Counted from the first letter of the stretch, positions 37,811 through 47,769 are shown. The stretch is DNA of 64,000 nucleotides from Candidatus Curtissbacteria bacterium RIFCSPHIGHO2_12_FULL_41_17 (GCA_001774945.1 MFBL01000043.1:2782-66781); one strand, 5' to 3'. The notes: generated by a model from the sequence alone, not told the origin. A program made the numbers and translations.

Positions 37811-38712
37811 ACGATATTGTTTTTCTTCCCTAAAAAATAATTATCAATGTTTTTGTAAACCGGGAGCAAACCGCCGGAAATATCGACGAAAAAACCCGAC
37901 TGTCTGGATCTTGTAAGAAAGTTAGACGATCTCTCAACCCGATACAAGTTTAATTTATCATTTTGAATGTTTATTCTGCCATTTTCAAGCAGAATATCCA
38001 TCTCAAATAGATTAAAAAATTTATAGTCCAGCCCTTGAATAAAAGCGTTAAACCCATCCCTAAAACTAATAACGCAATCCATTGTTTTGTCGGTCTCCTT
38101 CGATGCTGCTCTGTCGAAAAATCCTTGAGCACTTTTTACGTCTGGTGAAATCTTGAGCAGCAGGTTTATAAAATGAGAACCGTTATTATATAAGCCCTTA
38201 GTGTACTTGCAGTTTATCGACTGGACCCTACCAAATTTCCCCTCTTTGATGGATTCAATGAGTCTAATGTAACTGTCGGTAAAACCTCGAAAATAATTTA
38301 CGGCAAATCCAACATTATGCTTTTTTGCCTTGTCGACAATTCTTTTTGCACTCTGGTAAGAATATGAAATCGGCTTTTCGCAAAGGATAAATTTAATCCC
38401 CGCGTCGATTGCTAGATCACATATCTGTATATGTGAATTTGTATTGGTGGCAACAACCAAAAGATCAAGTTTCTGACTACTAATCAATTTTTTTGCTGAA
38501 CTGTAAATTGCAACTTGATGGTCTACTTTCCCCTTAAACACTTCTCGCGCCGTCGCGCTTTCATCACTAGCCGCGACTAGTTCAAAATCGTCAATGGCTT
38601 TAATAGCTGACAGATGTGTTGGGTATTTCATCCTACTAACTACATGAGGATCATCCTCGTAACCATGAGTGATTCGTCCAAGTCCAATTATTCCTGTGCT
38701 AATTTTTTTCAT
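37735..38712 (-). CDS. Gfo/Idh/MocA-family oxidoreductase.
   Basis: Carries STGIIGLGRITHGY at the N-terminus and CEKPISYSYQSAKRIV. Confidence 0.65.
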   Translation of the reverse strand: MKKISTGIIGLGRITHGYEDDPHVVSRMKYPTHLSAIKAIDDFELVAASDESATAREVFKGKVDHQVAIYSSAKKLISSQKLDLLVVATNTNSHIQICDLAIDAGIKFILCEKPISYSYQSAKRIVDKAKKHNVGFAVNYFRGFTDSYIRLIESIKEGKFGRVQSINCKYTKGLYNNGSHFINLLLKISPDVKSAQGFFDRAASKETDKTMDCVISFRDGFNAFIQGLDYKFFNLFEMDILLENGRINIQNDKLNLYRVERSSNFLTRSRQSGFFVDISGGLLPVYKNIDNYFLGKKNNIVWGEEALAALKIIALIERNSKWGKN

Positions 38713-39824
38713 CGAAGTGCTTTTTTTAAACTCTCAATGACATACATTTGCTCATTTAATTGTAATCCGGCATACAAAGGTAAAGACAAGGCTTGATGGT
38801 AATAGCTTTCGGCGATGGGGAAATCTCCTATCTTGTAATCTTTTCGGTAGAGGCTAAAAAAATGAATCGGAATATAATGAACTTGAACACCTATTCCGTC
38901 TTTGCGCATTTTGTCAAAAACCCTTTTCCTATTTTTAGAATTCATTCTAATTGGAAAAAGATGCCAGGCACTTTTTGCTTCTTTTTTCTCAACGGGCAAT
39001 GAAACGCCATCAACATTTCTCAATTGCTTTTGGTAAATACCCCAGATTTTCCTGCGTGTTTGTATAAAGGAGTCGATTTTTTTAAGCTGGCTTGCACCAA
39101 GAGCTGCTTGTATATCGGTCATCCGAAAGTTGTAGCCAAGCGTATCCACATCGTAATACCATCCGCCTTTACTTTTAGACTCTTTCGGTCTGCTAATTCC
39201 GTGATGCCTGATCTTCTTGATCGTTTCAAAATATCTCTTTTCGTTTGTGGCAACAGCTCCCCCCTCTCCCGTAGTAATTGCTTTGACCGGATGAAAAGAG
39301 AAGGTTGTTAAATCAGCGATACTTCCGATTCGCCTGCCTTTATATACGCTTCCTAAAGCGTGAGAAGCATCGTCGATTAATATTAAGTGATATTTACCAG
39401 CAAGTTTTTTTAATTTATCCCAGTCGGCAGGGTGACCGGCAAAATCCACGGCAATAATCGCTCGGGTTTTTTGAGTAATTTTTTTTTGGGCTTGTTCTAC
39501 ATCAATCGTTATAGTATCTGGATAAACATCACAAAGAACGGGTTTAGCGCCGCAGTATAAGACACAATTGGCACTGGCAACAAAAGTGAGTGCCGGAACG
39601 ATAACTTCATCTCCGGGTCCTATCCCTGCAGCTATACAGGCGGCGTGCAGGGCACATGTTCCATTTGCAACAACGCACGTATATTTGGCGCCGACGAATT
39701 TAGAAAGGGATTTTTCAAACTGCTCTATTCTTTTTCCTTGAGTAATCCAATCAGATTTAAGAGCTTCAACTACGGATGAAATGTCACTGTCATCAATGAG
39801 CTGATGGCCATATGGAATAACCAT
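38709..39824 (-). CDS. pseC: PseC-like DegT aminotransferase (UDP-4-amino-4,6-dideoxy-hexose transaminase).
   Basis: Carries YGHQLIDDSDISSVVEALKSDWITQGKRI, DEVIVPALTFVASANCV and FSFHPVKAITTGEGG. Confidence 0.7.
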   Translation of the reverse strand: MVIPYGHQLIDDSDISSVVEALKSDWITQGKRIEQFEKSLSKFVGAKYTCVVANGTCALHAACIAAGIGPGDEVIVPALTFVASANCVLYCGAKPVLCDVYPDTITIDVEQAQKKITQKTRAIIAVDFAGHPADWDKLKKLAGKYHLILIDDASHALGSVYKGRRIGSIADLTTFSFHPVKAITTGEGGAVATNEKRYFETIKKIRHHGISRPKESKSKGGWYYDVDTLGYNFRMTDIQAALGASQLKKIDSFIQTRRKIWGIYQKQLRNVDGVSLPVEKKEAKSAWHLFPIRMNSKNRKRVFDKMRKDGIGVQVHYIPIHFFSLYRKDYKIGDFPIAESYYHQALSLPLYAGLQLNEQMYVIESLKKALR

Positions 39825-39826
39825 AA

Positions 39827-40801
39827 TTAGGCTTTGACTATGCCCGAGATTTGTTTCTTAATTTCACCAACTGATAACCACTGGTCATTATTGTCACTCG
39901 TATAGCTGAATGATTTGAAACCGCGATTAACTTTGGGAAGCGTATTAGCTGACCAGTGAATAATTGCGAAGTGGCTGCCCAAATCATGGCTATTCCTGGA
40001 TTCTTCATAGCTGATCAAAACTTCATGAATTTTCTCGCCTGGCCGTATGCCGATGACATCAATTTTTGCCTTTGGCGCGACAGCCCTTGCGATATCAACT
40101 ATTTTAACGCTGGGTATTTTTGGCACGAAAATTTCTCCTCCCGCCATTTTACCAAGACATTTTAAGACGAAATCCACTCCTTGTTCTAAAGTTATCCAAA
40201 ATCTTGTCATTCGGGTATCTGTAATATTTAACCGATTCCCTTTTGCCTGTTCTATAAAGGCCGGCACCACACTGCCTCTTGAACCAACCACGTTGCCATA
40301 CCTTACAACGCTAAGTCTGGTTTTTGTTGCACCAGCGTAAACGTTGCCCTGAACAAATAATTTTTCAGCAACCATTTTGGTCGCTCCATACAAATTCACC
40401 GGAGAAACCGCTTTGTCGGAAGAAACCAATATAGCTTTTTTAACTCCTGTATCAATTGCCGCTTCAATGACATTTTGACTGCCCAAAATGTTTGTTTTTA
40501 CCGCTTCATACGGATTGTATTCCAAAATCGTCACCTGTTTTAAGGCAGCGGCATGGATTACAATGTCGGCGTCGTACATAGCGCGTTTAAGCCTTTCAAG
40601 ATCTCGAACGTCTCCGATAAAAAAGCGCAGCCGTTTATCATTATCGTAAATTCGCGCGAGTTCATACTGTTTAAACTCGTCTCTTGAGAATACGCGGATG
40701 ATGCCGCGGAAGGAATTGCCTGATAGCACCTTGGCGATAAACGCCTTTCCGAAAGAGCCAGTGCCGCCGGTTAAGAGGATTGTTTGATTGGTTAGTTTCA
40801 C
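39827..40801 (-). CDS. pseB: PseB/FlaA1-like UDP-GlcNAc 4,6-dehydratase (short CapD-like SDR).
   Basis: Carries ILLTGGTGSFGKAF, YGATK and IHAAALKQV. Confidence 0.7.
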   Translation of the reverse strand: MKLTNQTILLTGGTGSFGKAFIAKVLSGNSFRGIIRVFSRDEFKQYELARIYDNDKRLRFFIGDVRDLERLKRAMYDADIVIHAAALKQVTILEYNPYEAVKTNILGSQNVIEAAIDTGVKKAILVSSDKAVSPVNLYGATKMVAEKLFVQGNVYAGATKTRLSVVRYGNVVGSRGSVVPAFIEQAKGNRLNITDTRMTRFWITLEQGVDFVLKCLGKMAGGEIFVPKIPSVKIVDIARAVAPKAKIDVIGIRPGEKIHEVLISYEESRNSHDLGSHFAIIHWSANTLPKVNRGFKSFSYTSDNNDQWLSVGEIKKQISGIVKA

Positions 40802-40852
40802 AACAACTGTGTTTGAATGAGTATTTTAGCCCAATACGTAAGTAAAAACAAA

Positions 40853-42115
40853 CTACTTTAAGATAATAGGAGAGGGGAGAGGAACAATAAATTTTCCCCT
40901 GAAACCACGCTGTTTTAACTTGGAAGAAAGCTCATCTGCGATATGCCATGAAAACAAGAACGCATAGTCGGGTTGGTCGCGAAACAACCGTTCCTCGTCA
41001 ACAACAGGTATAAGAGTCCCTGGCATATACCTTCCTATTTTGTGTGACCCTTTAACTTCACAAATGTAATCAATCATTCCATCGTCGATTCCGCAATAGC
41101 TTACAAGAGTACTGCCTCTTGACGGTGCCCCAATGCCATATATAGTTTTATCTTTGGATTTTAGCTTATATATCAAATCCAAAATCTGAAGTTTAGAAAG
41201 AATAACCCTTTTTCTAAAATTCAAAAGCGCTTTCTTTGAATCAACAATACCCTTTTCCATCCTGAGCATTTTGGAAACAGTAGGCAAAATTTTCCTTTCA
41301 CCCTTTCTTGCTGCATATACTCTAATCGATCCTCCGTGTGATGGAATTTTTTTAGCGTGGAATATCTCAAGTCCGTACATTGAAAGTAAATACTTCAAAC
41401 TACGAAGCGAGTAATAACGCATATGTTCATGATAAATAGTGTCGTATTGCAAAGTTTTGATAAGAGAGTAAAGGTAATGAGATTCAGATACAAAAACCCC
41501 ATTTGGTGCCAGAAGTCTCTTAATATTTTTCATCACTTCAGGAAGATCTTCCATATGAGCAAAAACGCTGGTTGCCGTAATAAGAGCAGCCTTGCCCTTT
41601 TTCTTTATGATGTTGTCAACAACGGTTGGGGTAAAATAATCAATAATAGTTTCGATTCCTTTTTCAATTGCCAGCCGGCCTATTTCTTCCGGCGTGATCC
41701 CGAGCACTCTATGATTGTCTTTAAAATTGGAAAGCAAGTTACCATCGTTTGAACCAATGTCTACGATTAAGTCTTTCCTCGTAAGCGCTAAGATTTTCAA
41801 GGACTCTCTATAAAGTTCTGCGAAGTTGTCTCTTAATACTTTTGTTGTACTGCTTGTGTAAGGATATTCGGCAGGAAAAAGAATTTTAGGGTCGACAATT
41901 GTTCCAAGTTGGACAAGCAAGCATTGTGGACAGTACAGCCATTGTGCGGGATAACTGGGCTGCCTGATTGGTCTCGTACCAATTTTCGGCATGATGTTTA
42001 CTGGGGGTAAGTAACCCAAAAAAAGTATGGGCTCAAGTTTTTTATTTCCGCAAATTTGGCAGCTTTCAACGGGAATACTAGTGTTAGTTCCAAAAGCAAG
42101 AACTCTTTTAACCAT
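40853..42115 (-). CDS. SAM-dependent sugar C-methyltransferase (Methyltransf_13 zinc-ribbon plus Methyltransf_14; TylC3/NovU-like).
   Basis: Has an N-terminal CQICGNKK...CPQCLLVQL zinc ribbon, a VDIGSNDG SAM motif, and a length of about 410 aa. Confidence 0.55.
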   Translation of the reverse strand: MVKRVLAFGTNTSIPVESCQICGNKKLEPILFLGYLPPVNIMPKIGTRPIRQPSYPAQWLYCPQCLLVQLGTIVDPKILFPAEYPYTSSTTKVLRDNFAELYRESLKILALTRKDLIVDIGSNDGNLLSNFKDNHRVLGITPEEIGRLAIEKGIETIIDYFTPTVVDNIIKKKGKAALITATSVFAHMEDLPEVMKNIKRLLAPNGVFVSESHYLYSLIKTLQYDTIYHEHMRYYSLRSLKYLLSMYGLEIFHAKKIPSHGGSIRVYAARKGERKILPTVSKMLRMEKGIVDSKKALLNFRKRVILSKLQILDLIYKLKSKDKTIYGIGAPSRGSTLVSYCGIDDGMIDYICEVKGSHKIGRYMPGTLIPVVDEERLFRDQPDYAFLFSWHIADELSSKLKQRGFRGKFIVPLPSPIILK

Positions 42116-42118
42116 TAG

Positions 42119-43102
42119 TTAAATAATCTCCAAGGCTGGCATTAAATGTGCGTTGGCATTATACCACTGCGCTGTTAATTTAATTCCTTCGCTTAATGAA
42201 ATTTTCGGCTTATATCCAAGTTTTTCAATTTTTGAAATATCAGGTAATCGTCTGATTGTGCCGCCCGCTGCGAGTTTCCCTGGTATAATTTTAATCTTTC
42301 TGCCGTAAAATTTGGCAATCTCATTTGCAACGTCTTTAATTTTAGCTTCCTCTTCAGTACCGATATTGTAAGTGTTTAAAGTCTTCGCCTTTTTGAAAAG
42401 AATCATAAGTCCTCTTATAAAATCATCAATATATACAAATGACCTTGTTTCGTTACCACTGCCCTGGATCGGAAAGGGAATAATGTCCTCCTTTTTGTCC
42501 AGGAGTTTCTTAAGTCTTAAGATAAACTGTGGAATAACGTGCTCCCAACCCATTTGTGGACCATACACATTATGTGGTCTAAACACCACGGCCCGACGAA
42601 AATATTTTTTACCGTAGTTTAAAACATACAGCTCGCTTATAATTTTTCCCCCAGCATAAGAAAATCTTGAATTCCCCGAATCCGGTATTACCAGAGGAAC
42701 GTCTTCCGGGGTCGGCACTACAGGAGGAATATGATAAACTTCTGAACTGGATGCAAAGAAAAATTCTTCTACCCCCCACCAAAGGCAAGCATCTACGATA
42801 TTTATAATACCCCTTGTTGAAACGTCTAAAACTTGTTCCGGTATTGTATAGAAAAATTTCGTACCGTTTATTGCAGCCAAATGTATTACTGCATCAACAT
42901 TCTTACAGGCCTTTCTCACTTCTTCGAAATTTCTTATATCCCCTTTTATAAACTCGATATGGTTTGTTAAATCTTTCAGGCTTTGGGGATTCCCCCTTGA
43001 GTAATCATCAAAAATCTTAACACTATCCCCATTTTTAATAAGCGCTCTTACTAAATTCGTGCCGATAAAGCCCGAACCGCCTGTAACTAGATAAGTTTTC
43101 AT
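42119..43102 (-). CDS. NAD-dependent epimerase/dehydratase (extended SDR).
   Basis: Carries VTGGSGFIGTNL, YAGGK and PHNVYGPQ. Confidence 0.7.
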   Translation of the reverse strand: MKTYLVTGGSGFIGTNLVRALIKNGDSVKIFDDYSRGNPQSLKDLTNHIEFIKGDIRNFEEVRKACKNVDAVIHLAAINGTKFFYTIPEQVLDVSTRGIINIVDACLWWGVEEFFFASSSEVYHIPPVVPTPEDVPLVIPDSGNSRFSYAGGKIISELYVLNYGKKYFRRAVVFRPHNVYGPQMGWEHVIPQFILRLKKLLDKKEDIIPFPIQGSGNETRSFVYIDDFIRGLMILFKKAKTLNTYNIGTEEEAKIKDVANEIAKFYGRKIKIIPGKLAAGGTIRRLPDISKIEKLGYKPKISLSEGIKLTAQWYNANAHLMPALEII

Positions 43103-43162
43103 TTATAAAAAAACATTTGAATAAACTGGTAATTTTTCACCATTTGTAATATTCTAGCCGAT
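43103..43162. promoter_or_regulatory. Divergent intergenic promoter region.
   Basis: A 60-bp AT-rich spacer lies between head-to-head genes 42119..43102(-) and 43163..44089(+). It contains TAATAT/TATAAA-like boxes. Confidence 0.35.
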
Positions 43163-44089
43163 ATGTCAAAAGAGTCTACCAAAAGCCAACCTCAAAAACA
43201 AAAAATTTTAGTATACGGATCAACAGGCTTGGTTGGTACAAAGATAATTCAGCTATTATCTGATAAGTTTAGAATAGTAGCTCCGCCGCATTATCAACTT
43301 AATTTAGTAAATAAAAAGAAAATTTCAAGCCATCTCAAAGATGTATTACCAGACCAAATAATTTATGCTGCCGGTTTAACAAAAGTTGACAGTGCACAAG
43401 CAAATCCAAAAAAGGCATTTTATCTCAACTACCAAATTGTTGACTTTATAGCCTCGCAGGCATCGAAGTTAAAAGTGCCTTTTCATTACTTATCGACAGA
43501 TGCCGTTTTCAATGGCACAAAAACTAATGCTCCTTATAGAGAAGACGATAAACCAAATCCCATCTCTGTTTATGGAGAGAGTAAATTAAAAGGCGAGATC
43601 GCAACACTTTCTGCCTCTTCCCGAAATTCAGTCATTAGAACGGAACTAATTTACACATCTTATTTCCCGCACAAAAAAGATTTTGCCAGAGTCGCTTACG
43701 AGTCGCTTAAAAGAAAAGAAATGTTTGATGGAATTATTGATCAGGTGATAACACCCACTTTTGTTGACGATATAGTATACTCAATTAGCTTAATTTTTGA
43801 AAAAAAAGCAAAGGGTATCTATCATGTTGCCTCTACAGATGCTACAACAAACTACGGTTTTTTGATTAAGCTAGCAAAAATATTTAACTTTGACGAAACG
43901 TTAATCAGAAAAGTAAAATTCGACGATTTCTTTGCTGGTAAAATTGCCAAAAGAGCGAAATATTGTTGGCTCGATACCGCCAAATTTCAAAAAGAGTTTA
44001 AAGACCACCCACTCAGAAGAATTAAAAACAGTTTGCTGGATTTTAAAAAACAGCTATCCAAGGTAGAATTACTGCCTATCGACCTTTAA
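43163..44089 (+). CDS. RmlD-like NAD(P)H-dependent sugar-nucleotide 4-reductase (dTDP-4-dehydrorhamnose reductase family).
   Basis: Carries ILVYGSTGLVG, YGESKLKGE and a RmlD_sub_bind-like length. Confidence 0.55.
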   Translation: MSKESTKSQPQKQKILVYGSTGLVGTKIIQLLSDKFRIVAPPHYQLNLVNKKKISSHLKDVLPDQIIYAAGLTKVDSAQANPKKAFYLNYQIVDFIASQASKLKVPFHYLSTDAVFNGTKTNAPYREDDKPNPISVYGESKLKGEIATLSASSRNSVIRTELIYTSYFPHKKDFARVAYESLKRKEMFDGIIDQVITPTFVDDIVYSISLIFEKKAKGIYHVASTDATTNYGFLIKLAKIFNFDETLIRKVKFDDFFAGKIAKRAKYCWLDTAKFQKEFKDHPLRRIKNSLLDFKKQLSKVELLPIDL

Positions 44090-44794
44090 TCTTTGCAAGA
44101 TACCCCATAGGTACCAATGGATATATTTGGGCAGCCATTTCATCATTTTAAATTTTGAAGTACCCTGAGTTCTTTCTCTCCAGATAGTTGGAACGTCACA
44201 GATTTTTGCTCCCATTGAGTTTGTTTTAATTAAAATTTCCATCGAAAATTCCCATCCCCCGTTAGATTCAATTTTAATTTTTTTCAAAAAGTCTTTTTTA
44301 TACATTTTAAAACCATTGGTTAAATCTCTCGTCGATATTCCTAAAAGAACCATAGTCAATAAACCTGCAACTCTCGACAATGTTGTCTTGATAAACCCGC
44401 CGCCGATTTTGCTGCCGCCTTTTGAGTATCGGGTTGCGCAAACAATATCAAAGCCTGCTTGGATTTTTGAATACATCTTATTTATCGTCTTCGGATCATC
44501 AGCCAAGTCTGCAGGCATGACAACACAAATTCCAAAAGACGACGTTGTAAACCCTGTCTTTACTGCATTTATTATCCCTCGTCCGAATTTGTTTCTGACA
44601 AGTTTAACGTTTGGAAATTTCTTACGGATTAATTTTACCGGTTCAATTGTAGTATCTTTATCAAAGTCATAGACAATTAAAACCTCATGCTTTGCGTCAA
44701 CCATTTTTTCGATTTGCTTAATCTGCTCGGTGATATTTTCGCCTTCGTTATAAACGGGTAAAATAATGGAAATTCCTTCAGCGGACTTTTTCAT
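44069..44794 (-). CDS. GT2 polyprenyl-phosphate glycosyltransferase (DPM1-like).
   Basis: Carries ISIILPVYNEGENI and VMPADLADDP. Its 3' end overlaps the convergent upstream gene by 21 bp. Confidence 0.65.
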   Translation of the reverse strand: MKKSAEGISIILPVYNEGENITEQIKQIEKMVDAKHEVLIVYDFDKDTTIEPVKLIRKKFPNVKLVRNKFGRGIINAVKTGFTTSSFGICVVMPADLADDPKTINKMYSKIQAGFDIVCATRYSKGGSKIGGGFIKTTLSRVAGLLTMVLLGISTRDLTNGFKMYKKDFLKKIKIESNGGWEFSMEILIKTNSMGAKICDVPTIWRERTQGTSKFKMMKWLPKYIHWYLWGILQRLKVDRQ

Positions 44795-44804
44795 AGCATT
44801 GCTT

Positions 44805-46514
44805 TTACCTCCCTACTTTCAATACGTCAAAATATGGACCAGCGCGATCCATAATAAAAAGTGGAAAAACGTAGTGCGTATCAACTAAAAGCTCGGGAAT
44901 TTTTCCATCATAAATAGAATTTTTTGTAGGCGAAAAATGCGCCGCTAGTTCAAATCTGCCTGTCTTATCCAGGTTCAATAATCTTCCGTCAGACCCGAGG
45001 TAGGAATCAACAACATATCTTACCGGAAATACAGCTTTTGCTTTTTCAAAAGCTTCCATCTTGGATAACGATTTATTAGAGTAGTCATATATATATAAAA
45101 CTTCCCGAACATTAATAGGGTATGATTTTCCTACTAATTTTTCAGCACGCATGTAGTAAGATTTGTTATTTAATCTGATAATTTTTCGGGCATCTGTCCC
45201 GGAAACATAGCCTAAAGCTCTTTTTTCGGTTGAGGCAATGGGAATTCTAATGTCTATATTTTTATCAACCCATTTTCTTACTTGAACAAATGTTGGTTCT
45301 CTCAGAAGCAGAAGATTCCAATAAATTGAGTTAAAAGAGGCAACAAAAATTATAAAAACAGTAAATGGTATCCTTAACATTTTATAGCGTTCTATTAAGT
45401 TAGCTGCCTCAAATCCGGCAAATAAAGGTAATAATGAAATGCCAACCAAAGAATATCTCAAAAAAGGAGGAAAGATACTTACAATCAGCGAAAAATTAAA
45501 TATTATAAATATTAAAAAAGCGAAAAGAATCCGCTTATCCCTACTTTTTTCAAATCTTCCCAGGATGAATTTAATGAAAAAGACGGCGGTCAAAATTACT
45601 ATTAGTCCGTCTGTTAGAAAAAAATCTTTGGTCATTCTAGGTACCGACATTTCCCTTAAAGATATAAGTGGATTTTTTAGAAGGCCTACAGTAGGATTTG
45701 CAGGATCAATAATTTTTAAAAAATTCCCTCCAACTGAGAAATAATTTAAAACTAGAACCAAGAATAACCACAATAATGCTCCGAAAATATGATGAATTGA
45801 AATAATTTTTTTTCCAGCAAAAATTCGTATTAAACCCACCAATAAAATAACTATGCCCGCTATTTGATGAAAACCGAAGGCGATAGAGGCAAAAAATACA
45901 GAGAGAAGAAGATTCCGCAGCGCATGGTTTCTCTTTAAAACGCTTCTTAATACAAACAAAGTTGCCAGCAGGCTGAAAAAAATTGCCCCTGACCAACCTC
46001 TAGCAAGATGAGAAATATGAACTAGATTAAAAGAGACTGCCGCAAAAAAACTCGCCCACAAGGCTATCTTTCTGTTTTTAAACAATTCCACACAGAGAAG
46101 ATAAATAGCAATTATGCTTAATGTTCCAAACATTGCCGAAATTATTCTAGGTATGAAGAGCATATAGCCTTCTTGGGTTACTAATAAAAACTCCATATCT
46201 TGTACCGAGTGAATCTTTCCGGTTAGCAAAAGTACACTAAATGCCAAAAGAAGGAAAGGAATCTGGAGATAAGCTCCAAGCGGTCCGTAATTCCCGATAG
46301 TAAAAGGAGTTTTTTCAGCTAGCATATTTAAAGCGCTTTGATGGTATATTGCTTCATCATTTGAAACAAAAAGTATAGGAAAGCCAATAGTTAGATTATT
46401 GATCCTTAACAAAAAGCCCAGAGTAATAATTGCAAGAAGAATATACTTCGGCTGCCGAAAAACAGGTTTAGTTAGAATATTTCTTAAAAAATTCCTCAAA
46501 TTTCGAAACAACAT
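44805..46514 (-). CDS. ArnT/PMT-like GT-C membrane glycosyltransferase.
   Basis: Carries SNDEAIYHQSALNMLAEKTP, comparable to the ArnT DE-x-RYAEISREML loop. It has more than ten TM helices and a C-terminal soluble domain. Confidence 0.5.
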   Translation of the reverse strand: MLFRNLRNFLRNILTKPVFRQPKYILLAIITLGFLLRINNLTIGFPILFVSNDEAIYHQSALNMLAEKTPFTIGNYGPLGAYLQIPFLLLAFSVLLLTGKIHSVQDMEFLLVTQEGYMLFIPRIISAMFGTLSIIAIYLLCVELFKNRKIALWASFFAAVSFNLVHISHLARGWSGAIFFSLLATLFVLRSVLKRNHALRNLLLSVFFASIAFGFHQIAGIVILLVGLIRIFAGKKIISIHHIFGALLWLFLVLVLNYFSVGGNFLKIIDPANPTVGLLKNPLISLREMSVPRMTKDFFLTDGLIVILTAVFFIKFILGRFEKSRDKRILFAFLIFIIFNFSLIVSIFPPFLRYSLVGISLLPLFAGFEAANLIERYKMLRIPFTVFIIFVASFNSIYWNLLLLREPTFVQVRKWVDKNIDIRIPIASTEKRALGYVSGTDARKIIRLNNKSYYMRAEKLVGKSYPINVREVLYIYDYSNKSLSKMEAFEKAKAVFPVRYVVDSYLGSDGRLLNLDKTGRFELAAHFSPTKNSIYDGKIPELLVDTHYVFPLFIMDRAGPYFDVLKVGR

Positions 46515-47769
46515 ATCTTAATTTTGCTTTATCGTTTCCTGGATAAACTCCGATCCAAAAACCATTATTCATAATTAAATCACTATTTTTTAAATCTGTG
46601 ACCACACGGTGTTTAATATTAAGGTATGCAGGGTGGCGAAGTAAGTTTCCTGCAAATAAACTTCTGGTTTCAATTTTGTTATCCTGAAGAAAGTTAACGA
46701 TATCCAGTCTGGAAAACGGGGCAGTTTTTTTGACTACAAGCATGAACCCGAACCAGCAGGGTTCGGTTTTTTTATCCCACGCGGGCAGGATGAAAAACTT
46801 TTCGTATTTTTTTAAATTTTTATACAAATAATCGAAATTTTTTCTGCGTGTTTTGATAAATACCGGCAGTTTCTCAAGCTGAGCTATGCCGATTGCAGCG
46901 GCTATGTCGGTACTTTTTAAATTGTATCCAATGTGTGAATAGGTATATTTATGGTCGTAGCCATACGGGAGTTTGCCCAATTTGTAGCCAAATCTTCTGC
47001 CGCAGCGGTTGTCTTGCCCCGTTCTGCACCAGCAATCTCGTCCCCATTCACAAAATGAGTTAACAATAACGTAAAGGTCTGGATTGTTGGTGACAACTGC
47101 TCCTCCTTCACCCATAGTTATCTGGTGCGCAGGATAAAAGGAAAATGTTGCCAAATCCCCAAAACTGCCGACATACTCTCCTAAGTATTTTGAACCCAGC
47201 GCATCGCAGCAGTCTTCGATTATCCAAAGATTATATTTCTTGGCAACTTTCTGAACTTCTTTCATGTCGAACGGATTGCCAAGAGTATGAGCCATCATTA
47301 TGACTTTAGTTTTTTTTGAAACGGCCTTTTCAATAAGTTTGGGAACTGCATTTCTGCTGGCTGCATCTATGTCGACAAAAACGGGAACTGCACCGAACTG
47401 AATTATCGGGTTGATTGTCGTTGGGAAAGAACAAGCGACAGTTATGACTTCATCACCCGGCATAATTCTTCTTTTGCCAAGTTTTATAGAGGTGAGAGCC
47501 GAAAATGCTGCCAAATTGGCGCTCGAACCGGAGTTTACAAGTGTCGTGTATTTGACTCCCAGAAATTTAGAAAATTTTTTACAAAATTCTTCTGCAAAGT
47601 GTCCTTCTGTCAGCCAAAATTCTAAAGACGCCTCGACTGCTTTTTCAATTTCTTTCTGGTCAAAAACCCTGCCGGAAACTTTAACTGGGGTTACTCCCGG
47701 AATGAAGTTCTGGGGTTTGTGATATTTTAAGTAGTGTTTTTTTATCAGGGATTTTGGAATTACTGTCAT
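46468..47769 (-). CDS. rfbH: E1-type PLP/PMP-dependent 3-dehydrase (CDP-6-deoxy-L-threo-D-glycero-4-hexulose-3-dehydrase, RfbH/DdhC-like).
   Basis: The DegT fold has FSFYPAHQITMGEGG, where His (codon at 47125..47127) replaces the PLP lysine. It also carries C188-X57-C246-X1-C248-X7-C256, the E1 [2Fe-2S] motif. Confidence 0.7.
   Translation of the reverse strand: MTVIPKSLIKKHYLKYHKPQNFIPGVTPVKVSGRVFDQKEIEKAVEASLEFWLTEGHFAEEFCKKFSKFLGVKYTTLVNSGSSANLAAFSALTSIKLGKRRIMPGDEVITVACSFPTTINPIIQFGAVPVFVDIDAASRNAVPKLIEKAVSKKTKVIMMAHTLGNPFDMKEVQKVAKKYNLWIIEDCCDALGSKYLGEYVGSFGDLATFSFYPAHQITMGEGGAVVTNNPDLYVIVNSFCEWGRDCWCRTGQDNRCGRRFGYKLGKLPYGYDHKYTYSHIGYNLKSTDIAAAIGIAQLEKLPVFIKTRRKNFDYLYKNLKKYEKFFILPAWDKKTEPCWFGFMLVVKKTAPFSRLDIVNFLQDNKIETRSLFAGNLLRHPAYLNIKHRVVTDLKNSDLIMNNGFWIGVYPGNDKAKLRYVVSKFEEFFKKYSN

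Noticed and set aside
46748-46773. Terminator-like hairpin on the plus strand, ccgaacc-agcag-ggttcgg followed by T7.
   Set aside because: It lies inside the E1 dehydrase CDS on the minus strand, where it encodes KKTEPCWFGF. There is no plus-strand gene ending nearby, so it is probably coincidental. I note it only as a possible antisense terminator.
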